Assembly: GCA_038858525.1 (NCBI GenBank)
Contig: JAWCFL010000007.1
Span: forward strand, 1-11,839
DNA length: 11,839 nucleotides
Direction: 5' to 3'
From: Candidatus Jordarchaeales archaeon
Lineage (GTDB): Archaea > Asgardarchaeota > Jordiarchaeia > Jordiarchaeales > Freyrarchaeaceae
The notes beneath the pieces were generated by a model, which was not told where the DNA came from, did no database searches, and saw only the letters and a program-made list of their open reading frames with translations. Shown piece by piece: positions 1-6,654 of the stretch. Made by a program: the position numbers and the translations under genes. Within the stretch, counting starts at the first letter, position 1. The number at the start of each line of letters is the position of its first letter.

Positions 1-359
1 TACTGAGTCACGCCAAATCTAAAATGAAGTTATCGCGATCTTAGAGGACGCGGCAAGCAGACTCAACGAAAACAGAAAGTCGCTAAACAAGATCTTTGAT
101 ATGGTCGAGAAAAGAGAGGTAGGAGCCGTCATAGTAGCCTTTAAGGATAGGCTTACGAGGTTCGGCTTCAAATACCTAGAGCGCTACTTCGCCCCTCACA
201 ACGTAAAAATCGAAGTCGTTAACGAGGAGCCTAAAAATGCCTATCAAGATAGAGGACCTCATCACTTTGGTTTCAAGCTTTGCAGGAAAGCTCTATGATT
301 TGAGAAGCCACAAGTATAAAGAGGTTGTTGAGGGTGTCAAGAAGCTTATTGCTGAATGA
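1..359 (+). pseudogene. tnpA: IS607 TnpA serine recombinase, C-terminal part, frameshifted
   Basis: Frame 3 LSHAKSK (3-23), then frame 2 EVIAILEDAASRLNENRKSL...VIVAFKDRLTRFGFKYLE...NAYQ (26-247), then frame 3 IEDLITLVSSFAGKLYDLRSHKYKEVVEGVKKLIAE* (249-359). KDRLTRFGF and EDL..SFAG.LY..RSHK are IS607 TnpA hallmarks. Frameshifts lie at about 24 and about 248. Confidence 0.9.
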
Positions 360-1500
360 GACCTGCAAGTTTAAGCTCCAGCCCAACGATGAACAAGCAA
401 TCGTTCTCGAGGATCTCTTCAAGACCTACTCAGAGATGGTTAAAGCATGCCTGGATAGAGCTATGAATCTAAATCTGACCTCACGTAGGAGGCTTCATGA
501 AGCAATTTATAAGGAGTTGAGGACGAAGTATCCGAACCACCCATCCCATTATGTTTATACGGCTATAACACAGGCTCTAAGCATGTTCAAATCCTACAGG
601 AGGCTCTCTAGGAAGAGGGGGGAAATTAACCCTCCAAGAATTGAGAAACTAAACATTCTTTTGGACGACGCCCACCTGTTCTGGTTCAGTTGGGGGAGCA
701 TAAGGCTGGCTACGCACAAAGGACACATCGCGATTCCGTTCAGGGTTCACGGGCATTCGATGAAGTTCATGCACTGGCAGGTTAAAGGCTCAAGGCTTGT
801 GAGGTCCAATAACGAATACTATCTTCATGTTACTTTTAGGAGGACTGTTGAGGAGGGAGATGCTGAAGGCGTGCTGGGTATCGATGTTAATGAGTGTAGT
901 GTAGATTTGGCTGTTGTGAAGCTGGGTAAGGTTAGGTTCATCAAGATAGATGTAAGTGAGGTGAAACACGTTAGAGGCAGGTACTTGAGGAAGGGGAGGA
1001 GCATTCAGAGCAAGACCTCGGGGGAACAAGAGCTAGGCTGCTGGCGAAGTATTCTGGGAGGGAGGAGCGGAGGGTGAACGACGTACTTCATAGGGCGGCG
1101 AAGATTGTAACCCGTATAGTTGCCGAGGAAAACGTTAAGCCTGTAATGGAGGAGCTCACCCATATCAGGGGGGATACGGTATGGTGGGGTGATGAATAGG
1201 AGGCTCCACAGCATCCCATTCAGGAGAATCCAGCTTTACATTTCTTATAAGGGGATGGAGCGTGGCTTTAAGCCGGAAACTGTTGACGCTAAGAACACCT
1301 CTAGGACATCGATGTGTGGCGAAATTAGTAAGCCGAATGGGCATGTCTTCAAATGCAGGAAATGCGGCTTCCAGGCGGATAGACACTTTGTTGCCGCTTG
1401 GAACATTGCCATGAAGCTCTTGATGTGCCGTCCTTTACCGTTGGCGGCGAAGGCCACCGATGAATTTAAAGAGGTGGAACGGATAGTGATAAAAAGTTAA
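349..1500 (+). pseudogene. tnpB: TnpB RNA-guided endonuclease family protein, two frameshifts
   Basis: TTG at 349 overlaps the tnpA end. Frame 1 carries RuvC-I LGIDVN and runs to the G5 run at 1020-1024. Frame 3 then reads GTRARLLAKYSGREERRVNDVLHRAAK...VMEEL (RuvC-II Glu at 1149-1151) to the G6 run at 1168-1173. Frame 1 resumes IRYGGVMNRRLHSIPF...TSRTSMCG...FKCRKCG..ADRHFVAAWNI (Zn finger and RuvC-III), stop at 1498-1500. Confidence 0.92.
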
Positions 1501-1530
1501 CTATCCGACAACGGTAGGAAAATGTAGGAG
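1420..1530 (+). ncRNA. Candidate TnpB omega/reRNA 3' region with flank-derived guide
   Basis: Perfect 8-bp stem CGGATAGT (1480-1487) / ACTATCCG (1500-1507) straddles the tnpB stop. TnpB guide RNAs are known to overlap the tnpB 3' end and element right end. Boundaries are guessed. Confidence 0.4.
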
Positions 1531-1654
1531 ACTAAGAGCTGGCGTGAAAGCTAGGAGGGAAGCTGTAACGCCTTGTCTGACTCCCCCAATGGGCTTCTGC
1601 GGGAAGTAGCAACTCCTTTTGTTTACTAGCAGTTGACCGCGAGAAAATTCTAAA

Positions 1655-1670
1655 CAAAAAAGGTTAAATG
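1655..1670 (+). promoter_or_regulatory. Candidate BRE + TATA for the phosphatase operon
   Basis: CAAAAAAG followed by GTTAAATG, about 20-30 nt upstream of ATG 1686 / GTG 1695. Confidence 0.45.
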
Positions 1671-1685
1671 AATGACTTTTCCCCA

Positions 1686-2180
1686 ATGATAAAGGTGAAC
1701 GGTTTGGTCTTCCGGATCCTGTTTGTTTGCGACGCTAACACTTTCAGAAGCCCATTGGCTGAGTTCATGCTGAGAAAAATGTTGGTCGACCTTCATCTTG
1801 AGGACGTCGAGGTGCGTTCAGGCGGGATTGCGTCCCATGCAAGGGATGGATGTGCTGTGTCGCAAGACGTCGCCCTCTTGCTCAGAGAGGAGGGCATAAT
1901 GGTTCCGGAGGGCCCGTTCTCAAAGGACCTTAAAAGGAATAGGAAGCTGGTTGAGGAAGCAGACCTTATCCTGACAATGACTGAGAAACAGAAGGAGCTC
2001 GTGTCAAGAATTGAAGGCGTGAAGGGAGCCATATACACGCTGAAGGAATACGTGGGGGAGACAGGGGACATAGAGGATCCGAGGACGCTGGGAGAGGAAA
2101 ACTACAAGGCCTGCAAAGAGGAAATCAAAAAATGCTTGGAAAAGCTGGTCAAAAAAATCCTATCTGGGTGTAATAAATGA
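1686..2180 (+). CDS. Low-molecular-weight protein phosphatase (LMW-PTP/YwlE-like)
   Basis: P-loop FVCDANTFRSPLAE (C-x5-R-S), VRSGGI, ADLILTM and general-acid DIEDP. The start is uncertain (1668, 1686 or 1695). The stop overlaps the next ATG (ATGA at 2177-2180). Confidence 0.9.
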   Translation: MIKVNGLVFRILFVCDANTFRSPLAEFMLRKMLVDLHLEDVEVRSGGIASHARDGCAVSQDVALLLREEGIMVPEGPFSKDLKRNRKLVEEADLILTMTEKQKELVSRIEGVKGAIYTLKEYVGETGDIEDPRTLGEENYKACKEEIKKCLEKLVKKILSGCNK

Positions 2181-2638
2181 AGCTGAGAAGCATGGTGGCG
2201 CTCGCGCTCATCTTCTCGTTGTTCATGTCAGCCCTAGTAATCTCTTTCACCCCGAAAACCAGCTGGATCATCATACCATACCGCGACGTCGAAACACGCC
2301 ACTTCACCTTTACAGTAGAATCAGGAAGATATTACGACGTCAACTTCTACCTGCATTCAGGCTACACCGTAAATTTTTCATTCAACTATTCCGGACTCAC
2401 AGTTATTGTATATTTAATGGATTCGGAGAACTTTAAAAAATATCAGGAAGGAGAAAATTACACGTCAATCCTAATAATATCTGCTTCTTCTACAAGTGAG
2501 ACGTATCAGAGAAACTATACTGCCGTAAAGAGTGACCGGTATTATCTTGTCTTCGAAAATTATTTTTTAAATGCTGATGTGAGCCTGACTATTAGCTTGG
2601 AGGTGTTAAAATTTCTTCCTGTACCTTATAGAACTTAG
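2177..2638 (+). CDS. N-terminally anchored or secreted beta-rich protein, GOLD/emp24-p24-like domain (tentative)
   Basis: Hydrophobic N-terminal helix (MVALALIFSLFMSALVISF), aromatic beta-strand pattern, VYLMDSENF and YYLVFEN motifs, and four N-x-S/T sequons (NFS, NYS, NYT, NYT). ATGA-coupled to the upstream gene. Confidence 0.7.
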   Translation: MKLRSMVALALIFSLFMSALVISFTPKTSWIIIPYRDVETRHFTFTVESGRYYDVNFYLHSGYTVNFSFNYSGLTVIVYLMDSENFKKYQEGENYTSILIISASSTSETYQRNYTAVKSDRYYLVFENYFLNADVSLTISLEVLKFLPVPYRT

Positions 2639-2678
2639 CTCGTTCTGTGTTCCTGGTTGGTTGTTGGGAGGGGTTGAC

Positions 2679-3104
2679 GTGCTGGACGAGGAGGAGTATT
2701 TGAGGTGGGTTAGGTCTGCTGAGTCTACTTTGCGTTCTGCTAGGGGTGACTGGGAGAGGGGGGATTACAATTGGGCTTGTTTTAAGGCTCAGCAGGCGGC
2801 GGAGTTTGCGGTTAAGGGACTGCTTCACGGGCTTGGTTTGCCTGCTTATGGTCATAGTGTATCGAAACTGCTTGAGCGCCTTCCCGAGAGTCTAGGTGCT
2901 AACTGCCTTATCGGGGAAGCTAAAGTCTTAGACAGGTGTTACGTTCCAACAAGGTATCCAAATGCGTGGGCGGAAGGGACTCCGGCGGACTACTACATGA
3001 GGGAGGACGCTGAAAATGCTATTAAGTACGCTGAGAGAATCATTAGATGGGTGGATGAGAAGTGGAGGTCATTAAGGAAAGAAGGCGGGTTAGAGAAGAA
3101 GTGA
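2679..3104 (+). CDS. HEPN domain protein (COG2250/HEPN-T type), toxin-side partner of MNT
   Basis: YNWACFKAQQAAEFAVKGLL, GHS and LDRCYVPTRYP motifs. GTG at 2679 is preceded by SD GGAGGGG at 2667-2673. Confidence 0.92.
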   Translation: MLDEEEYLRWVRSAESTLRSARGDWERGDYNWACFKAQQAAEFAVKGLLHGLGLPAYGHSVSKLLERLPESLGANCLIGEAKVLDRCYVPTRYPNAWAEGTPADYYMREDAENAIKYAERIIRWVDEKWRSLRKEGGLEKK

Positions 3105-3403
3105 TCGGAAAGGTTTCGGAGTGGGCGCGTAGCTTACCCTTCAAGTGTACCGTGGTGCTTGTTGGGTCTTACGCGAGAGGCGACTTTAATCTTTGGAGCG
3201 ACGTAGATGTCCTCGTTATTTCTGATGAGCTCAAGGGCACTCCTCTGGAAAGGATGAAAAACATAGATGCCCCCTCAGGATTCCAAGTCATACCTTTAAC
3301 CGTCGAGGAATACCGGTGGCAGGAAAAAAAAGGTAATTCTCTCGTCGTGGAGGCAAAGAGAAAGGGCGTCCTGGTAAGGGACGACGAAAAATTATTCAAG
3401 TGA
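3062..3403 (+). CDS. Minimal nucleotidyltransferase (MNT), antitoxin of the HEPN-MNT pair
   Basis: VLVGSYARGDFNLWSDVDVLVI is an exact GS-x10-DxD motif. It overlaps the HEPN 3' end by 43 nt. Confidence 0.92.
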   Translation: MEVIKERRRVREEVIGKVSEWARSLPFKCTVVLVGSYARGDFNLWSDVDVLVISDELKGTPLERMKNIDAPSGFQVIPLTVEEYRWQEKKGNSLVVEAKRKGVLVRDDEKLFK

Positions 3404-3443
3404 GTTAATGCTTCTCTCATCGTTGGTTGGGTGCTCTATACGC

Positions 3444-3483
3444 TTTATAAACAGAGACGACGGCTGCTTTTGGAAGGTATAAA
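3444..3483 (+). promoter_or_regulatory. Candidate TATA boxes upstream of the AOR gene
   Basis: TTTATAAA at 3444-3451 and GGTATAAA at 3476-3483 in the intergenic stretch before ATG 3548. Confidence 0.4.
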
Positions 3484-3547
3484 CGTAAGATTAAGCGATA
3501 ATATGCTTTTTATGCATGATTCTTTTGGTATGGTTGTGGGGGCGAGT

Positions 3548-5431
3548 ATGACGGCTGAGTTTTGTGGTTATGCGGGAAAAGTGCTTTACATTGACCTTTC
3601 GAGAAGGAAAGTTATGGTTGAAGCGCTAGATTTAGGCTACGCTGAAGCGCTGATTGGGGGTTTTGGAATTAACAACATGATCGCTTACAAACGTGCTCCT
3701 TCTATGGTTGACCCGCTTGCGCCTGAAAGCGTGGTTATCTTCGGGGCAGGACCCCTTAATGGCACCATTGCGCCGGGAGCTGGAAAAATACATGTAACAG
3801 CAAAAATGCCTCTGACGGGCTTTTATGGGACTTCTGGTGGAGGCGGAGGGTTCGCAGCCCAGCTTAAGTTTGCCGGGTACGATCACTTGGTGATTACTGG
3901 AAGGGCAGAGAAACCCACGTTTCTTCTAGTAGATGATGAGCAAGTGACGTTTATGGATGCTGAGGGTTTATGGGGTGGTTTGGTTTACGACGTGACCGTG
4001 GAGCTTTGGGATGAATATCCGGGGTCGAGCGTTGTGGCCATTGGTCCTGCAGGGGAAAACCTCGTGAAGTTTTCTCTCACACTGGTTGACAACGTGGCTA
4101 CTCTTGGCAGGGGAGGTCTTGGGGCTGTTTTCGGGTCGAAGAATCTTAAGGCGGTTGTTGTGAGGGGGAGCGGGGAGGTGAGGGTTGCGGACGCTGAAAG
4201 GTTCATCGGGGCCGTTAAAGAGATCCGCCAGAGGATTGAAAAATACCCTTTCAGGGCGTTTTTGACCGAGTATGGGATGATGGCTGGTTGGGGCGCTTGG
4301 GCTGAAATGTTCCAGGTTCCAAGGGAGGAAGCTAAAGCATACTTTAACCCTGAAGTTTTCTCCAGTGAAGTGAAGGTTGCAAGCATAGCGTGCCCCTCAT
4401 GCCCCCTCTCCGACAAGTTCCTCTTCAGGATAGCTGGTGAAGGCGCCTACGTTTGGGCTACTGACTACTTAACCCCCCTCACGGTATTCGGTTACCTCTT
4501 CCAGATAAAGGACTACAGGGAAGTGCTCAGGCTAACCGCTGCAGCCAATCAGTACGGCCTAGACATGCTCTCCCTCTCAAGCATAGTAAAGTTCCTGGTA
4601 GAAATGCATGGTGAAGGATTAGTGACGCGGGACGAACTTGAAGGCTTGACGCCCGGGATGAATGCTGAAACGGTCCTCGCAGTGGCAAATCTCATGGTTC
4701 AGAGGAGGGGAATAGGTGATCTGCTGGCTGAAGGGTGGCGGGCGATTATTGAGAAGTTCGGCGAAGTGGTTGAGAAACATGTGTCGCTCGTTAAGGGGTT
4801 AGACGTGCTCTACGACCCTAGAAGAACATATCTCGGCTCAATGGAGTTCGAGCAGCTGGTTTGCCCGCGCGGCCCAACGTCTAATTCGGGTGGATCTCCA
4901 ACGTATGTTCCCGGGAAGAGCCTCGAGGACTTCGAGAAACACTGTGATAGGGTGGGCGTTACGAGGGAAGCTACCGCAAAAATATTAGAGGGAGGAGAAG
5001 TGAACATTGGCAGGCTCACAAGACACTTCGAGGACTGGTACTCTGTCCTCAGTTCGCTGGGTGTTTGTAATAGGGCGCAGGTTAACCGGTTTTATAGCAT
5101 GAAGGTCTGCGCTGAGCTTTACTCTTCAGCTACTGGAATAGAGAAGACGCCGCAGCAACTTAAACTGGCTGGGGAGAAAGCGTGGAACGTCCAGAAAATG
5201 CTTAACGTGAGAGAGGGACATGACAAGAGCCATGATAAGCCTCCACGACGATGGTTCCAGCCTCTCATAGAAGGAGAGAAAAAATATGTAGTGATGGACT
5301 ACTACAGGAGACGCACGCTAGCCGAGGAAGACTTTGAGAGGGCACTGAGAGACTACTACGAAGAAAGAGGGTGGAACCCTGAAACCGGCACACCGACAGA
5401 AGACAAGCTCCGGCAACTAGGACTAAAATGA
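3548..5431 (+). CDS. aor: Aldehyde:ferredoxin oxidoreductase family (tungsto/molybdopterin) protein, divergent active site
   Basis: GYAGKVLYIDLS N-terminus, GAGPLNGT, GGGGFAAQLKFAGYDHLVITGRAEKP, IGPAGEN, GRGGLGAVFGSKNLKAV, YGLDMLS, DPR and YYEERGW. The start is moved from 3431 to ATG 3548 because the upstream extension is promoter-like and not homologous. Confidence 0.95.
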   Translation: MTAEFCGYAGKVLYIDLSRRKVMVEALDLGYAEALIGGFGINNMIAYKRAPSMVDPLAPESVVIFGAGPLNGTIAPGAGKIHVTAKMPLTGFYGTSGGGGGFAAQLKFAGYDHLVITGRAEKPTFLLVDDEQVTFMDAEGLWGGLVYDVTVELWDEYPGSSVVAIGPAGENLVKFSLTLVDNVATLGRGGLGAVFGSKNLKAVVVRGSGEVRVADAERFIGAVKEIRQRIEKYPFRAFLTEYGMMAGWGAWAEMFQVPREEAKAYFNPEVFSSEVKVASIACPSCPLSDKFLFRIAGEGAYVWATDYLTPLTVFGYLFQIKDYREVLRLTAAANQYGLDMLSLSSIVKFLVEMHGEGLVTRDELEGLTPGMNAETVLAVANLMVQRRGIGDLLAEGWRAIIEKFGEVVEKHVSLVKGLDVLYDPRRTYLGSMEFEQLVCPRGPTSNSGGSPTYVPGKSLEDFEKHCDRVGVTREATAKILEGGEVNIGRLTRHFEDWYSVLSSLGVCNRAQVNRFYSMKVCAELYSSATGIEKTPQQLKLAGEKAWNVQKMLNVREGHDKSHDKPPRRWFQPLIEGEKKYVVMDYYRRRTLAEEDFERALRDYYEERGWNPETGTPTEDKLRQLGLK

Positions 5432-5592
5432 CATCTCAAGTTAAGCTGAAAGCTCGTATATTGCCAAAACTTCCAGTTGCCGGCTTATTGATCCCGAAAA
5501 TTTCCAGTGCGTATCGACGCTTAAGTATAACAGCTGAAGCCAAAAACTTTGAGGGGAAAGAAGAAGTGAAAGGAGGTGAGCATGGGTCGTGA
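5428..5592 (+). CDS. Possible 54-aa small protein translationally coupled to the AOR gene (not in the supplied ORF track)
   Basis: ATG 5428 overlaps the AOR stop (ATGA). The frame is open for MTSQVKLKARILPKLPVAGLLIPKISSAYRRLSITAEAKNFEGKEEVKGGEHGS*. No recognised homology. Confidence 0.3.
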   Translation: MTSQVKLKARILPKLPVAGLLIPKISSAYRRLSITAEAKNFEGKEEVKGGEHGS

Positions 5593-5725
5593 TGGCCGTG
5601 GGAGTTGAGAAAAAGCTTTCCTCTCCGCGCGTCGTCCTACGGTTCCATTAGCGCAGTTTTTTCAGTCGCGAGGCGAGTGGAGCTCTGACCTTTCTTCTCT
5701 CTGTTTGTTTTTGCGGGATCTCTTT

Positions 5726-5749
5726 GAAAAAGCCTTTTAGGTTTTTAAG
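5726..5749 (+). promoter_or_regulatory. Candidate BRE/TATA for rnhA (probably leaderless)
   Basis: GAAAAAGC followed by CTTTTAGG/TTTTTAAG, about 16-30 nt upstream of ATG 5765. There is no clear SD. Confidence 0.45.
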
Positions 5750-5764
5750 TTGGTGGTAATTTTC

Positions 5765-6181
5765 ATGAGAGTTAGAGTTTTCGTGGACGGCGCATCTAGG
5801 GGAAACCCTGGGCCGGCCGGTATAGGGTTCGTCATTGTTGAAGCTAGTGGAAAGGTCATTGAAAGGCGAGGGCGTTATGTTGGGGTCTCCACCAACAACC
5901 AAGCAGAGTACTTGGCGCTCATAGAGGCTTTAGAGGCTTGCCGTAGGGTTGGCGCTAGCCGCGTCGAGGTTTTCTCTGACTCTGAGTTGCTTGTGAAACA
6001 ATTAAAGGGAGAATACCGCGTTAAAAACTCGCGTCTTGCAGTGCTTTACAGGAGGGTAAAGGAGCTTGAAGGGTTGTTTGAGAGCGTAGTTTACCGTCAT
6101 GTTCCCCGCGAATCAAACATTGAGGCTGACGCACTCGCGAACAAAGCAATTAATTTAGGAGGGGAAACTAGTGGCCTTTAA
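5765..6181 (+). CDS. rnhA: Ribonuclease HI
   Basis: VDGASRGNPGPAG, TNNQAEY, FSDSELLVKQ and HVPRESNIEADALAN give a complete D-E-D-D active site. Confidence 0.96.
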   Translation: MRVRVFVDGASRGNPGPAGIGFVIVEASGKVIERRGRYVGVSTNNQAEYLALIEALEACRRVGASRVEVFSDSELLVKQLKGEYRVKNSRLAVLYRRVKELEGLFESVVYRHVPRESNIEADALANKAINLGGETSGL

Positions 6182-6184
6182 GGG

Positions 6185-6200
6185 CGAAAAGGTAATATAA
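6185..6200 (+). promoter_or_regulatory. BRE + TATA for the GYD gene
   Basis: CGAAAAGG followed by TAATATAA. SD GAGGGAGGTG at 6237-6246 precedes ATG 6254. Confidence 0.65.
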
Positions 6201-6253
6201 GTGGGCTCGTCTTCTAATATTATTTCAGTATATTTCGAGGGAGGTGTTGGTGG

Positions 6254-6541
6254 ATGGGGAAGTACGTTATTCTTTCGCGGTTGACGGATGAGGGTGCAAA
6301 AACGCTCAAGGAGAATCCTGAGAGGATCAAGGAGGTCAACAAGGAGCTGGAAAAGATGGGCGTTAAGGTGCTGGAGCAGTTCGTCGTCCTCGGGCAATAT
6401 GACTTCGTAAACATAGTTGATGCGCCCAACGAACTTGCCGTGGCTAAGGCGATGACAGAGCTGGCTTCAAGGGGAACAATAAGAACGATGAGTATGCCCG
6501 CGATCCCCGTGGATGAATACATAAAAAGCCTCAAAAAATAG
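6254..6541 (+). CDS. GYD domain-containing protein
   Basis: 95 aa; YVILSRLTDEG N-terminus, LGQYDFV (GxYD) motif and TMSMPA C-terminus; strong SD. Confidence 0.9.
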   Translation: MGKYVILSRLTDEGAKTLKENPERIKEVNKELEKMGVKVLEQFVVLGQYDFVNIVDAPNELAVAKAMTELASRGTIRTMSMPAIPVDEYIKSLKK

Positions 6542-6547
6542 CTATAC

Positions 6548-6565
6548 TTTGTTTTTCTCTTTTTT
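6548..6565 (+). terminator. Archaeal oligo-T terminator
   Basis: TTTGTTTTTCTCTTTTTT lies 7 nt after the GYD stop. Confidence 0.6.
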
Positions 6566-6654
6566 CGATCAATCTTAGTCAGTTATTCTCAAATACGTGA
6601 GTTATTTATTAGTAAGGGGTGCTTTCTCATATTTCGGAGGCTGTGTTAGGCTTG

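Larger units (their letters stand above)
1..1514 (+). mobile_element. IS607-family insertion sequence (tnpA serine recombinase + tnpB), degenerate; left end lies outside the window
   Basis: Overlapping tnpA-like and tnpB-like reading frames in the IS607 order. The right end is inferred at the GG at 1513-1514, just after the tnpB stop and a subterminal hairpin. IS607 ends/targets are GG-associated (established knowledge); the exact end is an inference. Confidence 0.85.

Noticed and set aside
1020-1173. Programmed or compensating frameshifts in tnpB (-1 then +1 at G runs)
   Set aside because: Frame 1 between the shifts has stops (first TGA at 1075-1077) and would skip RuvC-II. Together with the broken tnpA and eroded motifs, decay is simpler. 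Homopolymer sequencing error is not fully excluded.
1517-1609. Cys-containing open frame (GKCRRLRAG...PCLTPPMGFCGK*) after the IS end, as a remnant of an interrupted gene
   Set aside because: Short, with no start codon and no recognisable homology.
1686-2180. Arsenate reductase ArsC
   Set aside because: The redox Cys pair of thioredoxin-coupled ArsC is absent, and there are no ars genes nearby.
3431-3547. N-terminal extension of AOR given in the ORF track
   Set aside because: It covers TATA-like elements, and AOR homology begins after ATG 3548.
5466-5510. Imperfect repeat AAAACTTCCAGTTGC / AAAATTTCCAGTGC resembling a mini-ORB (replication origin box)
   Set aside because: Only a partial match to the ORB consensus, with no G-string, no cdc6/orc1 gene nearby and no AT-rich unwinding element. 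It also lies within a possible small ORF.
5432-5760. tRNA, SRP RNA or RNase P RNA in the longer intergenic regions
   Set aside because: No cloverleaf or T-arm consensus, and no long GC-rich helices typical of thermophilic structural RNAs.
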